A stretch of 64,000 nt of DNA from Eremomyces bilateralis CBS 781.70 (Eukaryota), in assembly GCA_010015585.1 (NCBI GenBank), contig ML975151.1. One strand, written 5' to 3'. Within the stretch, counting starts at the first letter, position 1; each line of letters begins with the position of its first letter. The notes beneath the pieces are model-generated. The model was not told the DNA's origin and made no database searches. It saw nothing but the letters and a program-made list of their open reading frames with translations. Of this stretch, positions 11,073 to 24,941 are shown piece after piece. Made by a program: the position numbers and the translations under genes.

Positions 11073-14000
11073 TATTATGGCGAGCGGCTACGGATGAGTG
11101 GTGTCACAATGCCGCACTTCGCGGCAGCGTTAGGATCGCCGTCCTGATTGTGGAGGTGAGGCTCGTCTTTTCTCTAATCAAGGTCCTCAGCGCTTGGCCG
11201 AGGTTCGGTGGGGCTTCACTGGGGCTCCAACCAGGGTTCAGGTTGGCTACGATGGTACTGTATAGAAACAGAGAATCATGCCGATATACTGGTATTACTG
11301 CAGATTCCTCTGGATAGAGGACAAAGTTGAGGATTTATATTTGAGCCGACGACCGGAACCACTGAGCGGGACGGGGACGCCCATCGCTTGATGAAGCTGG
11401 GCTTGCATAGAGGCGTAAGGCGAGGGGGAGAGTGGGGTTGCAGGCTTGAAATCGGCCTTTTTGGGGGATGACGTTTGGCGATCGATCTACTGGCTACATA
11501 AGGGACTGACTATTAAAGTATGTAGTTCTGTGCACTTCATGTCGACAACAAAATGCCCCGATCGACCATTTTCTGAACACATTCTCATCTGGGGTGCTGC
11601 TGAGGAACCAGAATGACGCTCTCCGTCAGACTGACGAACAACCGAACAGTCGCAGCCAAGCGCCATGTCTAATTTGCGACAGGGGAGTTGATGGTGGGAG
11701 AGTCGATCATCACCACTTTGGACAAAAGCTTTGGGAACCTCCTCGGGCTCCTGGCTGGTGATCCCATTTGCCAACGATTCCATAGGATATCACTTCGATC
11801 CAAGCCACAACGACCGTGGGTGGACCAAACACTGGATCTTTTCCGATTGATGATAGGGGAGACAGAGGCTGCAACGGATCCAGTGCAATGGCACTATGTC
11901 AATTGTGTAACATTGCCAACACCGAAAGCTAGGCGCTGCAACAGGTATTAAAGCCAATTCTCGGATCTCCATATATAAGCTGATAGTCACAGTTATTGAC
12001 ACGATAAATTGTGTATGCAATGGTATGGCACTCCCGAGATGTACTAAATCGATCGATCTGCACGATGGCACTTTGCAAAGCTGAGCCAGCCAGATATATC
12101 GAAGAGATAAAAGATTTCAACCAAGGATTGGGAGCACTTGATAATGCAGTTTGGCCTATCGCGATATCGGGACCTCGCCTATGGAGCTACCCGTGGCATG
12201 CAGCTAGACCTCGAGATTTTTCCAAGGAACCGCAGCAGAGTCTTCAAGCGAATGTGCCATCTTCATGCGAGTTTCGATGCGAAAATATGATATTAGCGGC
12301 CACCCGATGCCTGATGGAATCGATACCTAGAGTGACTGCAAGAGTGGCGGTTCTAAAGAGCACCGGACGTTTATCTGGGTCTGTGATGCAGTACAGCTAT
12401 CCGAGGACATCGAAGCCATGACCCGCCATTCCTGGTCTAGGCACAAGAATGGCCACACCATATCAGAACGCATCATGAGTTCCGATAATGGAGCAACCGA
12501 ACCTAACAAACGCTGCGGGTAAACGGAGAAGGTAACATTGGCTGTGAGTCTCACCGATCCTTGAACCGATAGCGTGGATCGACATCTTTCATTCTTCGTA
12601 TCCAAAGGTCTGTGTATCCCAATTAGCCAACCACCTTCCAGGACGTGTATGGCTCCGGCCAGACAACACCCGACAGTGAGGCAAACGAACAAAACCGGTT
12701 TTGGCGAAATGACAACGAGAAAAGTGGCAGAAACATCCGAATCAGGCGGAGCAAAACTTGAGGATATCGCCGGTCGCTGGCACAGCCGACGCCGCCTCGA
12801 CTGAAGGTTGTAAATATAGCGAATCGAGAGATTTCAATATTCAAAATAGCTCAGTGCAACTCAGGAGCGACAGCAGCCAAGAAGAAATGCGACCCAATCG
12901 CACGCGCAGACAACTGAAAATTCAGGCATGAAATTGCTTTTGCTTTTTACTGGACTGTTATATCGCTAGGTTGTATCGGTATCTGAAGAAAGGATCTAAT
13001 TAGGGTGAGCGAAGGAAGGACATTGTTACGGTCGCTGGAACGGACACTCTTCTGCCCCTTTTTATTAATTGTTGAAGAGAAACTCTAGAAAGCTGCTGGG
13101 AAAGGTAATGGCTGTGATGATCATGTCTTGGTCCTCAGCATAGAAGAAATCCCTCTGGGCTGTTGTCAATTACTTGAAGCTAGTTGAAGGGATACTGCAA
13201 CGGTCCTCTTTGCTGTTAAGGAGCGGCCATTCGGGAGACTGAAATATTGACCCCTTGGGCTAACAAAGTCGTTGATACCGTACAATACCCCGATGTTCAT
13301 AAAGGCGGGCTAAGGGGATGTACTTATGTTGACGTACAGACTCGTGTCACGATCAATCACGATCTGATGGACGTGGAGAGGTTGCCTAAGGCACTCGACA
13401 CGATATCACCAGGCATCAAGCCTAGTCCACTACAAACCTTAACATCAATCCAACCCACCTTCATAATTACAGGAAATCATCTCCACATGAGTTGAGATTG
13501 ATGACGCATGGTGGCGCCTCGCTAAAATTTTATCAATACGGATCTCCGTAGGGCTCCATCCAAGACCATCCTGATGGTGATGAAGTGATGGCCAGACCAG
13601 AAAGCCTCACTTCATACCTACCTTACCTAATTAGCGCGATTTCACGTACCTCGAAGACTACTAAGTATGGTTCCAAACAATTCCTCTTAGGACCGACGGA
13701 TCCTTGTTTTGCAAAACCCCCCAGTGATGAACACTTAGCGTCTAATTCCACTTGGATTCTTCCTTGCTGTCACAACTGCTGTTGAAGTACCGGTTAAACA
13801 CCCGTTAGACGGGAAAATCTATTCCTGTGCGGAGCAGCCCGCCAAAGAACTACTGTGTTATGAAGGGGATTAGCACGTCACTCTATTTAAATCCGCTAAC
13901 TTCTATCAACTGCGATCGATCGAGCCCTCGAGCTAAACGTCTCCTATGTTCCGAAAATATTCGATATTGAACAAACAGTCAATAGGAAATGGCGTTGTCC

Positions 14001-15897
14001 CTTCTCTGAGGGTTGGATGGATTAGCGAGGTGAACGCTTCCAAAGACTCTTAAATCGATCTCGTCTGCACAAACCTGTTCAGGTGCTGATCGAGGCCAGA
14101 CAATATGCGATGGGAAAACTGAATAATACTTCGATTATCAGACCAATAGTAGGGACGTGGCGGTGCCTCATTTATGATTATGATTATTTATGAAGGATGA
14201 ACGATGAACGAACATCAGGTCCCGATATGGTGAAGTGTTCCGCCGCCTCCGTGGTCCCCCACAGGCCACAAGGGTGGCTGGGCGGGCGGTGACTCCCGTG
14301 AGGAAACCTTGAGCATCCTGTCAGGATCAAGCGAGAAGGAGGCTACACTAAGCTCAAAAAGGCTGCTCACGGGGTTTAAATCTCTTCCCCAGTCCCTGTG
14401 TCAGTCTTACGGTTGTCATCACCACCAGGCCAGGCCCAGGGGCAGGACGAACCAGCAATCACGCTTCGTCACGATTCACGCCTCCTTATGCCACAGCCGC
14501 GAAGAGTTTTTTCTCTCTTCGGGGGTTGGGATATTCAATGCATATGCGACGATGATGGGGCATTAATTCCCGCATTTCCAGGGATATCGGATACGTGCTG
14601 ATGAGCATGGAGTCCAAAAAGAAAAAGCTGCTGGATGGGAATTTCCGATTCTCCAACCTTTACGGTCGAGGCCGATGGGGACGCAAGACAAGGTTCTCCG
14701 CGCTTTCCACCATGTCGGAATCCCTGGATCACCCGCCGCACTGCATCACTGCATGAGCATGCTCTCCTCCCCCTCTCTCCATCCCTTTCGCAAGTTTTCA
14801 CATCCTCTGTACCATTCAATTGCCTAACATCAATTGAACTACTGGATTACACTCAGAGAGAGAGGCTGAAAAGACGCCCAGAATCCGACATATCACAAAT
14901 TCGACCCCAATATCCCCGTATTCTAGCTCGACAGTAGGGTGTTCACGGCTAGCCCTATACTGTCGCCTGACATCTTCCCATTAACCCTCTTGGGACCCTC
15001 CCTCTTCTCTCGTACTTCCATCCCTTCCTCGATCTTGCACTTGTCTTTCTTTTCACTCACCACTCTATCGGTTTTGATTACATTTCGAAAACGCTCCCAT
15101 CGGAGGATGTACTGACATTTCCCCTTCCCGCTATCCTTGCCTTGACGTTTCATCTCCACCCGAAACAGCACACGATCAGTTTCTTTTCTTGCATCAACCC
15201 TCAACCACCCTCTACCTATTATATCATACACACGACGGCTAGACCTGCTTGTATCGTTGACTGGCCTGCGTCTGCTGTCGTATTCTCGTTCACATCAATG
15301 GGTGGCTGACCTCGATGGGCGTTTTGCCATGCCGTTGATATCTTGTCTTCTTTTCTGTTATATAAGATGAACTAAATCGAGCCCTCTGGTGTGAAAAGTA
15401 CCCAATCCGCTGTAATACGGACGTTGCGCCTTGCAGGCTGCGAGGAGATTCGATCAATCAATCATATTTCCGCTCTGCCAGATTGGAGCGGTCTGGTGCC
15501 TGCAATTCATTTATTCAAATACCCATCGACGTCCTAGCTTGTCGACGCAGCAGACACTCTTCCTACCCCTCACCATATTTCGCTCTACATCGCATCTTTT
15601 CATATTCAGACTGAGGATTTTGATACTATTATTCTACCAATTCTGCGAGTTGGGTCTTCTAAATCTCTCGGTTGAGTGAGCATCACGGACTACTAGGAGA
15701 CTTCCAAGCTCGGTTGGTCCTAGTATCGCGACGAGCATTTCATACACGATCCGGTTCTTGATTTAGCTGCTTATAGAGCGAGCCGACCTCGCTACCACCG
15801 TACCTCAACTATCCATCCAAACGACTTCGAATAAACTCCACGACCATGTGAGCCCCGCCGCATTGCGCAGGGACGGAATGAACTGGAAACTCGAAAT

Positions 15898-17337
15898 ATG
15901 GGAACAACCGCGAACGCAGCCGATCGCCCTGCTACCACACCACTCCACCTGACATTTAGTGGGATCCTGCCCACCAACACTGCCTTCACCTTCTCCGCCC
16001 CGACCTTAGGGGGGCCTCTTTCCTTCTCCGCCGCTTCTCCACCGACCTGGGCATTTCGCCCTACCCCCAAGCGTCGACGCATATCGTCCGATCCATATCC
16101 TAGAAAGAAGCGGCGCTTGAGACTGAGACTGTGCACATCACGACTTTCCCTACCGTTCTCGTCTCCCCCAACCTATTTAGTCGATCGAGGCAGTTGCCGG
16201 GTTGCCGTCCTCGCGAAAATGGCCGCCGCCGCAGCGGAGAAAGAGTGGGAAGCGCAGAGGAACTGGGCGGCGACAGGGAAGGGCGCGGGGATATGGGCGG
16301 CCGGAAAGGGAAACGCAGGAGGAATTGGATCTATCCCCGCGACATGCCGTCTTGGAGTGGGCGCGGTTGCGAAGCGGCATCGACAAGGAGGGCTCGGACG
16401 GTTTGCGTGCCTGAACCGGCGGCGACAGAAGCGGTGCGGGGAATTGAGTTCGTTGGCGACGCATCCGGGTCTGCTCTTGGAGTGCCGCGACGTGATGGAC
16501 TTGAGTTCCGCCCATGAGGACGAGCACGTCGCGAGCCCGAACTTCACGGCCGATTCATCCACCATTTCTGACATCAGCGATTCCGCCACCACGGCCACCA
16601 CACTCACGAGAATATCTCTGAGTGCGTCTGAAGGTTACCCCTTCTCCACCGTCTCTCGTACTCTCAACCCTGACCCCACCGTCTCTCCAAACCTCGCCTT
16701 CTCCACCTCCACCCTCTCACCCTCCCCCACTTACCCCAACTTCCTCCCCCCAAACCCCCTCTCTACCGCCTCCCCCCTCGGCCTCTCCAACTACGACGCC
16801 TTCGACCTCGACGACGACCTCGACACCCCCTTCCTCCCTGATCCCGACACCAACATGTCCGGCACCGACCTCTGGCCCGCCCGTCGCACCCGCCCCTCCT
16901 CCAACCTCTCCTCTCCGGACCTCGCAGCCATGTCGCCGCGCTCCGCCTCCGCCTTGGCGGCCAGTAGCCCGGACATCGTGGGCCAACGACCGCGTCCTGG
17001 ATCCCCCGAGCGCGGCGTCCCGCTCTCGCAAACGCAGCCGCTGTCGCTCGGAGACGCGGGGTTGGCTACCACCCCGCCATCCAGCCCGTTCAAATCCACG
17101 TCCCCGCAGCTTCCAGCAGTCGCGCTGGCTGGGGCTCCATGTCCGGGACCCCCCAACCCCAACCTCTCCAGCGCGCCGACACCGCGTTCTTCAGGAGTCG
17201 GCGTGAATCCGAACCTTCGTTTCCTAGCGGAGTTAGGGTTGTTGGATGGGTGGGAAGAGTTGGAGATGGGGGCGGGGATGGATCCGGATCGGGGGGAGGG
17301 GGAGGTGATGCGGATGGGGTGGGGTGGGGTGGTGTGA
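15898..17337 (+). CDS. Conserved fungal hypothetical protein, basic N-terminal motif, Ser/Pro-rich
   Basis: 479 aa single ORF with KRRR..RKKRRLRLRLCTSRLSLPFSSPPTYLVDRG and SPLGLSNYDAFD blocks, which I recall from Pezizomycotina hypothetical proteins. Confidence 0.7.
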   Translation: MGTTANAADRPATTPLHLTFSGILPTNTAFTFSAPTLGGPLSFSAASPPTWAFRPTPKRRRISSDPYPRKKRRLRLRLCTSRLSLPFSSPPTYLVDRGSCRVAVLAKMAAAAAEKEWEAQRNWAATGKGAGIWAAGKGNAGGIGSIPATCRLGVGAVAKRHRQGGLGRFACLNRRRQKRCGELSSLATHPGLLLECRDVMDLSSAHEDEHVASPNFTADSSTISDISDSATTATTLTRISLSASEGYPFSTVSRTLNPDPTVSPNLAFSTSTLSPSPTYPNFLPPNPLSTASPLGLSNYDAFDLDDDLDTPFLPDPDTNMSGTDLWPARRTRPSSNLSSPDLAAMSPRSASALAASSPDIVGQRPRPGSPERGVPLSQTQPLSLGDAGLATTPPSSPFKSTSPQLPAVALAGAPCPGPPNPNLSSAPTPRSSGVGVNPNLRFLAELGLLDGWEELEMGAGMDPDRGEGEVMRMGWGGVV

Positions 17338-17628
17338 AGGGAGGGATATATGAAGGTTCGAGGAAAGGGAGGGATAAACAAAAAGGGAGGCGATTTGGAT
17401 TTTGAATTTGTTTTTTAAAGGTTTAGCGAAGGTGTTTGGGAGCTCTGGATTAAAATAGTATGTGTTCTGTCTGATGGATGGGCTCTGGGACCATGAATGA
17501 ATGAATGAATCGGTTAATGTACCTTCCACACCTTATCCAATCATCGGTCCATGGACATGGTCGTCTTACATTGACATGCGAACCGCAACCTCCATCCCCG
17601 AGCATTTCACAGCGCCCCCTATCATCAC

Positions 17629-18351
17629 CTACCCCTTCCCCGCCTCCCTACCAACCCCCAACACCCCCACTCTCGCCTCCGCAATTCGACACACCGCCCC
17701 AACCGCCTTCCTCCGCTCCTCCGCCGCCGCCCCCGCCTCCCCCGCCTTTGCAATCGCCCCTCGTATCTCCTCCATTATCACCCCCCGCGGCCGCCCCGCC
17801 ACGAACGTCACGAACCGCAGTCCCGGATACGCGGCCTCGTACGCGGTGTTCAGGTGTGCGAGCTGCGCGGTTTCGGAATCGGCGGAGGGCGCGGGGGTTG
17901 GGGTGGTCGTTGTGGGTGTTGGCGTTGACGTGGAGGTCGAGGCGGAGTTCATCGCTTTCTGCTCCGCGGCGGACAGTGCTGACAACGCGGACGGATCGGA
18001 GCCGGATTTGACCTCCACTGGCTTCGGGGTGCCCAGGCGCGGATGGCTGTTCATCACCTCATCGACGATGGTTTGTACCATGCGGCCGTCCGCGACCCAC
18101 TTCCCGTCGGTCGACGCATACGATCCGGCCGCCTTGACAGGATCGGCCTCGATTTGGTCGACGATGGCGCAGAGGTGGAGGAGCTCGCGCTCGAGGGATG
18201 CGATGAGGGCGGGGTAGGTGGGGGGTAGGGGGTGGAGGAGGTGGAGGAAGAGGGAGTGGAGGGAGGGGGTGGGTTCGAGGAGGACGTCGAGGATTTGGGT
18301 GACGGTAGAGGGGGGGAGGGAGGGGAGGGTGAGCGGGGAGGGAAGGGACAT
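17629..18351 (-). CDS. OHCU decarboxylase (2-oxo-4-hydroxy-4-carboxy-5-ureidoimidazoline decarboxylase)
   Basis: ILDVLLEP, HPRLG, S..EQ, LAHLNTAYEAAYPGLRFVTFVAGRPR, IAEAR. ATG at 18351 preferred over the upstream ORF start. Confidence 0.88.
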   Translation of the reverse strand: MSLPSPLTLPSLPPSTVTQILDVLLEPTPSLHSLFLHLLHPLPPTYPALIASLERELLHLCAIVDQIEADPVKAAGSYASTDGKWVADGRMVQTIVDEVMNSHPRLGTPKPVEVKSGSDPSALSALSAAEQKAMNSASTSTSTPTPTTTTPTPAPSADSETAQLAHLNTAYEAAYPGLRFVTFVAGRPRGVIMEEIRGAIAKAGEAGAAAEERRKAVGAVCRIAEARVGVLGVGREAGKG

Positions 18352-19053
18352 TGTGAGGGGTATAGAGGGGCGAACGGAGGTTGGGATGTGGTCGTGCGGG
18401 TAGGGCTGGCGGGCTGGCGGGTTGGTGGGACGAGGATGGAGGATGTAGGATAGTGAAGTAGTACGAGCGCTGCAAGAAACCGGGAAGATGCAGTGATCCG
18501 ATGTGGGGAACGCCAAAGGGATAGTGGGGTCAAGACTAAATGGGACGGTTGAATTGAATGGGCAATGTCAAGATAGAAGGTAAGTCAGGTGTGTCGTTAT
18601 GTCAGTAGCTAAACAGTGTGCGTATCATCACCATAGCTCATCATCTCTGCGACACTCAGCATTATCAGAAATGACTTTGAAGTTTGAACGGATCCATCAT
18701 TGCCCATTGGTGGTTCACTTGCGGGAGCCGCCGAGCAGCATCGGCGTGGGACAAGCGCCCATTGGGAGTCCCGGATGGAAGACCCTGACTAGTGATTACC
18801 AGAGATCTTGGGGGGGATCCGATAGGAAACCATGGGATCTGGATGGCCGGAATAGTGATGAGGGGAGAACACTCTGAATATCAGAAGAGTTATACTGTCT
18901 GTTGGTCTTGAAGCGAGGTTGAGACAACAGAAAGACGAGACGAGACGAAATGAAACCAAACAGATTACATAACCTCATAACCTGACGGTCCTGACGCCTT
19001 GACGCCTCGTGGCCTGATTAGTCGCTCCACGTGCTCCAGGTCCAGCCAGCTCT

Positions 19054-19834
19054 TACCTCAGCAAGCTCAGGCCATTGTGGTCGTGCCTGAGGCAACAAAC
19101 CACACTATACCTAATCGGTAAATGCAGTTCTCGAACAAATAGCCTGAGGATTCTGTCAATGACGCTCACTGATAGATCGATAATTTTCATGTGTTTTTCA
19201 CGATTTTGGAAACCTCACTTTTGCATATTCTTCAATAACAACGCGGGGACTTATTATAATTGCCCTTAAATTCACTGGGCTGTGCAGCAAGGTATACTCT
19301 ATCTAGAATTTGAATTTTTTCCACTCCCGATGCTTGTGTCTTGCAAAAAACTCTGATATGTAAGCAACCAGACTGCGTCAGAATCGTCAACCAACCACCG
19401 CAGATCGAGTACCAGTTCGTAGCTATTCTCTGCTCTCTAGAGACGTTGGGTTCAGTTGTACGCTGCGCCGAGAGGAGATTCGATCTGACATCGTCCAAAT
19501 TTCACTGGGTTATCAAGAAACGATAGAGGATTCGATTGAACGTGTCAATTTTACTGTATGATAGCTCGTTGTGGAGGAAAACGAGGTTGAAGTGATTAAA
19601 TTGCTCTCATACAAACGATCTCGATTCAGGCCAAAAATCAATGACAGAATCCTCAGGCTATTTGGTCGAGGACCATACCAATTAGGTATAGCGCGGTTCG
19701 TTGCCTCAGGCATGACCATAATGGCCTGAGCTTGCTGAGGTAACTCAGGCTATTTGGTAGAGGACCATACCAATTAGGTATAGCGCGGTTCGTTGCCTCA
19801 GGCATGACCATAATGGCCTGAGCTTGCTGAGGTA
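19054..19834. mobile_element. Non-autonomous DNA transposon with ~105 bp TIRs (Mutator- or hAT-like)
   Basis: Left TIR ~19054-19160 is the inverse of ~19640-19742 and 19744-19834. Flanked by the direct repeat agccagctct (19044-19053 and 19835-19844), which can also be read as 8 bp gccagctc. Confidence 0.85.
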
Positions 19835-19835
19835 A
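19652..19835. repeat. 92 bp tandem duplication of the right TIR
   Basis: 19652-19743 and 19744-19835 are identical except for one base (ggtcgag vs ggtagag). Confidence 0.92.
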
Positions 19836-20439
19836 GCCAGCTCTGGCTAGTGCTAGCAACTAATTAGCATTCCTCTAAGAAATTCCATTGAAGGATTCGA
19901 AGCCTCCGATCCCAATATGGTGACCTCTCCCCTTTAGCTTAAGCCTTTTCCTCCCTCTTCCCTTACGATATCAATCTTATCTCCACATTCGTTACTCTTT
20001 TTGTGTCTCTTGCTTCTAGAACAACGTGCCCGGTGCACCCTTTATTGAATTCTTCCATATGCGCCAGAGATCTGATACTCTCTCGCCTCCAGTCTCCAAC
20101 ATATGTCGAAGCATACTGCCCCTGAAACCCTGAGGGAAACCCTGGCTCGGCCCTCCGTCCTGATTCAGCCAACCACCTCCCTCCGCATTCTCTGCGTAAC
20201 CTACGGATCCCCCCAGCGGCACCGAAATTGAGTCCTGGAATAATTGACAGGAGAGGAGGGGTCGCCGTTGTGACTTGGAGTCTTGGACCGTTCTGCGACA
20301 CCGGCCTGCACGCGCCCGCTGTAATTATCCGTTGGTCCCCCAGGAATCCAGATCCCTCCCATCCGGATCGTCGAAGTCTGCGACCTGCAGGAACGTCTGC
20401 AGGTAGACGATCTATAGATCCGTCGAAAACGCTCTCGAC

Positions 20440-23400
20440 ATGTCGCTCAATGGTCTTGGTATTCCCGCGATCGCGGAAGCGCACCAGGCGGCGCTGGCGG
20501 AGGCGGGTGGATGGTGAGTTCCTGATGGCTGGCGAGCTTTGGCGACGTCGCAACTGATGGTGGTCCCATTTAGGTTCCTGCTGAAGTACACGTCACGCGA
20601 CTCAGTCGATATCCTCACGAGAGGCAATGGCGGCGCGGTGGAAGCGAAGAGCGCGATCGCGAGTTACACGGAGGTATCGCCGCTGTTTGGATTTCTTTTG
20701 TATAGACGGCGGAAAGTGCTTATAAAGTACATTCCTGAAGGCACGAGTCGGCTAATGCAAGGTACGCGAAGGATTCCTGTGACGCGGATGGATTCCAATG
20801 AGCTATCAAAATGGAATACTAATGTTTGCTATTCTCAGCTCGAGTCGCTGTCCACTTCAACGAGTTCTCAGACAAGTTCTCCCCGCATGACACCACGATA
20901 TCGATCACGACCGCGAACGGCCTAAGCGAATCGGGCCTCGCGTCTGCATGCTCGCTACATACAGCGACCGCCTCCAACACGTCCAGCAGCGGCAGTTTGC
21001 AGCGGAAGAGGTTGGACGAGATCACCGAAGATGCTGAGGAGAGCGGCGAGTTGAAAGTCATCGGCCCGCAAATCTTCATCACGGAACATTCGCCAACACG
21101 GGATGGGAATGAGCAACGGGCACATACCCCGTCTAGCAGGCCTTGGACCCCGCGATCTTCATCGTTGGCCAGAGTAGATGTAGCCAGTTTGGATGCTTCG
21201 GGTGACTCGCCAACTGAAACCAAGGAAAGCAACGACCCGGGTACATCTGTTCCTGACAAGAAACAAGACGAAGATCCAAAAGCTGAGGAGACTCCCAAAG
21301 CATGGAAGATGGACTCCTCCGAAGTTCCTCCAGCACTAGTCCAAGTGCCCCCCCTAAGTTCTGAGGAAGCTCAACCAGCAGAACCCAGCGAGTCCGCTAG
21401 ACCTCAAACCGGCAAATCCGACCACGCTCCGTCCTTCATGTCCGCCCACACCCAATCTTCATTTGCACCCACGCTCTCTATGCGGAACGAAGGCGACGTG
21501 CGCACGTCGACCTCAACAGCCCGACCCTCGCTATCCGACATCTCGTTTGCCTCACTTTACAACATGGCCAAACCCAAAGTCAAGCTGGGTCCTCGCCCTA
21601 CCACGGACCGCGGCCGCGCTCCCAATTCCGAAGGGAAACGCGTCGCGAACCTCCCAGCAGGCCTCCGCGCTGCGACCCGACGCGCCGTCCCGCACCACGA
21701 CTCCGACGAGACGTACTCCCGCCCATACAGCCGCGGCCAAGAATCCGTCTACTCCACCAAATCCGCAAAGTCCTCCCGCTTCGCACTTCAGCGCGACAAT
21801 GAACCCGAACTACCACCGCTCCCTTCATCCCCGGGAATCAACCGCTCCTTCAAAGCGTCCAACCGCACCTCCACGTCTACTATCCGTCCCGAAACCCAGC
21901 AATCAAGCCATGCGCCGTCGACACGCGCGTATTACCACTTCCCCCACGCACCCCCGCCGATCCCCGATATCCCGCCTCGCAGCCCCGCCCGACCGACCAG
22001 CGCGACCAGCGCCAAGAGCATGCCGATCAGCCTCGGGACCGGCAACCGGATGACGCCGGAGAAGCAGCGATTGATGCGCGCGGTGGAGTTGAGGAAACGG
22101 CAACAGGAGCAGCGGAAGGCGAGGCAGGAGAGAGAGGAGGAGGAGAAACAAGTGGTGGAGAGGGAAGTGGAGGAACCGCCGGAAACGAAAGTAGAGGGTA
22201 CTTCGGCTAAGGACAAAGCACCGCAAATAGAACTGGACGTATCAGCGGGCGCGATCGACGGAGACGAGGATGAAGAGGATGAAGACGGGACGCCGAAAGC
22301 AAGTAGTCCGCAAGTGGAGAACGGACAGCTGCAGGTGAAAGTGATATCAGAAGGGTCGAAGTCGGATTCGGGCGTCGGTGTGGAGGTCCCCGTGAATCCT
22401 GGATGTTTGGATCAAGCCGCGCCAGAGACGGTCGCACCGCCCGAGGAACTAGCAATCACGGAAGAAAGTGCCGAGCCAGCAACCAGCGAAGAAAATGCCC
22501 AACCAGCGATTGAAAGCTCCAGTCCGACCTCTGTGCAAGAAAGCAAGAGTAGCGATCAGGGTGAGGTCGAGAGCACGCGGCCTAGTTCTGTCGAGGACGC
22601 TAGCCAAATCTTTGGAGAGCAGACGAGCAAGGAGCCGAGTATAGAGACCGTGGTGGAAGTGAAGGTGAACGACGCTGTGTCCGAAGAACCGTCTACTCCT
22701 GAAGATATCGGTGTCGAGGTCAGTCCTCCCAGGAACAGCACGCTAGACACGAGGGATCCTGAAGCGGATGAGCCGGCCGACGACAACGCAAATTCGACCA
22801 CCCAAATTCAGCCCACAGAGCCCGAGGAGCACAACCCAACCGTCCAGCGCAACACTAGCATGCGCGACCGAAGAAAAGGAGGCGTACACGAACCTCTCCG
22901 TGTTGATGTCGTCGCCGCGACCACCGATCATTCCGACGTGGACGCGGCAGAAACCGATGCGGATGGTGACTACCTCTCGGACGATGACTCGTTTATGGAG
23001 GAGTTGCAAACTGCACAGGTCCAAGAAGCCAAGCCGATGTCTATGTCGGTTTCGAAGTCGCCTATCACTCCATTCTTCACCCGACGGCCCAGCAACGGGA
23101 GCCTCCTGAGCGTAGTGACTGCAGCTGCTCGACAGGATGGATCGGGCTCAGCCACGCCGACTCTCAAAGGGTGGACCACGCCGGTGCGCAGCTACGAGCG
23201 AAAAGCATCGTTGACGACCCCGGACGTGACTCATGCTGTCCAACAGCGCGATCGAGCGGATTCGAGTCCACGACCCGCTAGCTCCATCATGTCGGTGAAA
23301 AAGGTCCACGTCAGCTCCGGCATCAGCCAGCGCATCAAAGCCCTGACCGAAAAGTCGAATCGTGACAGCGTCGCCACCATCACTCCCGAGAAGAGCCCCC

Positions 23401-24941
23401 CCGAGGATCGTATGTCCCGGTCCAGCTTCGCCACGCGGAAATCCAGTATCCGTTCCCTCGGATGGGGCAATCGCGAGAAAGACAAAGACCAAAAAGAGTC
23501 CAACCACAAGCAACGGCCGTCCCGCACCATCCAAATGGCCTTCGGCGACGCCCCCGACGCCTCTCGGCACAGCACCCACAGCAAGCGCCTCTCCCGAGCC
23601 TCTCTCTCCTCCATGGCCCCTTCCGAGCCCCCCTACCCCTACAACCCCTCCAACACCATCCTCTCGCCCACCATCACCTCCACCCGCGACAGCACCACCC
23701 CCCACCCCCAAGCCGTCTACTCTATCTCCCACCCCGCCCCGCACAACCCCCCAAAACGCCCCCGCGATTCCGTCTCCGTCACCGCCCGCATCATCCGCCC
23801 CGCCCCCGACGGCGCCTGGGGGCCCGATCTCGCCGTTCCCGGCCCTGGTGACGCGAAGCCCCTCTTGCAGCAAAGCCCCCTCATCATCGAACACCATCGC
23901 ACCGAGCCGCCCAACGGCCGCGTCTCCGAATCGTACAGTAACCGTACCAGCCTCGTCTACGGGTCCGTCGCCGCCGCCGCCGCCAACGGGGTCGCCTCCC
24001 CGGGCAATCTCCCCTCCGGCCCGTACCGCGACAACAGCACCAACCAGAGCGGCCACAGCCATCACGCGTCGGCCGCAATGTCGCGCAGCAGCATGGACAG
24101 TGGCGCAGGCGCACCCTCCGCTAAAGAAAGCACCTGGAACCTCCGCGCGAAGATGTCCCGGCGGATGAGCGAAGCGCGCAGCGGGCCGACGAGCCCCGTA
24201 GTCCCGGTGGCATCGTCGAGCGCGTCAGTGCGGCACCGCAGCATGAGCAGCGTGAGCGTGGATTCGCTAGCGCTAGCGGCGGGGCCGGCGACGGACGACG
24301 ACGGGATGTCGATGACGGGGAGCGTTGGGGGGAAGGAGGGGAAGCGGGGGGGAGGTCGGACGAGTCGGTTGTTTAAGCGGATGAGTAGTGGGATTAGTGC
24401 GGGGGCGAGAAAGATGAGCGTGATGAGTCCGACGACGGTGAGGGAGGAGGGGGAGGAGGTGGCGGAGGTGGTGGTGGAGAGGCGGAGACCGGAGGGGTGT
24501 GAGGTGGGGGATCTGAATGTGCAGTTCCCCGACACTTTGGTAAGTGCTTCCTAACCCAATAACCCTCCCATTCCCCCTGTCATCCCACCCCATACCAATC
24601 AATCCCTACAACCACTAACCGCCCCACAGCTCTGGAAACGCCGCTACCTCCACATCTCCCCCTCCGGCGACCTCGTCATCAAGCTCGCCAAAGCCGACCC
24701 CCCCTCCACCGCCGCCGCCGCCAAGCCCCACCACGCCGCCACCAAGCGCTTCCACCTCACCGAGTTCCGTCCCCCCTACGTCCCCGACCAGGACGCCCAG
24801 GAGCTGCCCAACAGCGTCGTGCTCGACTTCGTCGACGGCCGCACGCTGCAGGTCGCGTGTCAGGATGCGGCAGGGCAGAGAAGGGTGTTGGGGTTGTTGA
24901 AGGGGAGGAGGGAGGAGTGGGTGGGGTTTGGGAGGGGGTGA
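20440..24941 (+). CDS. Large protein with an N-terminal ADF/cofilin-like domain, a disordered middle and a C-terminal PH-like domain, 4 exons
   Basis: MSLNGL..EAGGW|FLLKYTSRD..SPLFGFLLYRRRKVLIKYIPEGTSRL; KVKLGPRP, MTPEKQRLMRAVELRK, GISQRIKAL; end GDLNVQFPDTL|LWKRR..QELPNSVVLDFVDGRTLQVAC. Introns start at ~20514, ~20762 and ~24540. Confidence 0.8.
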
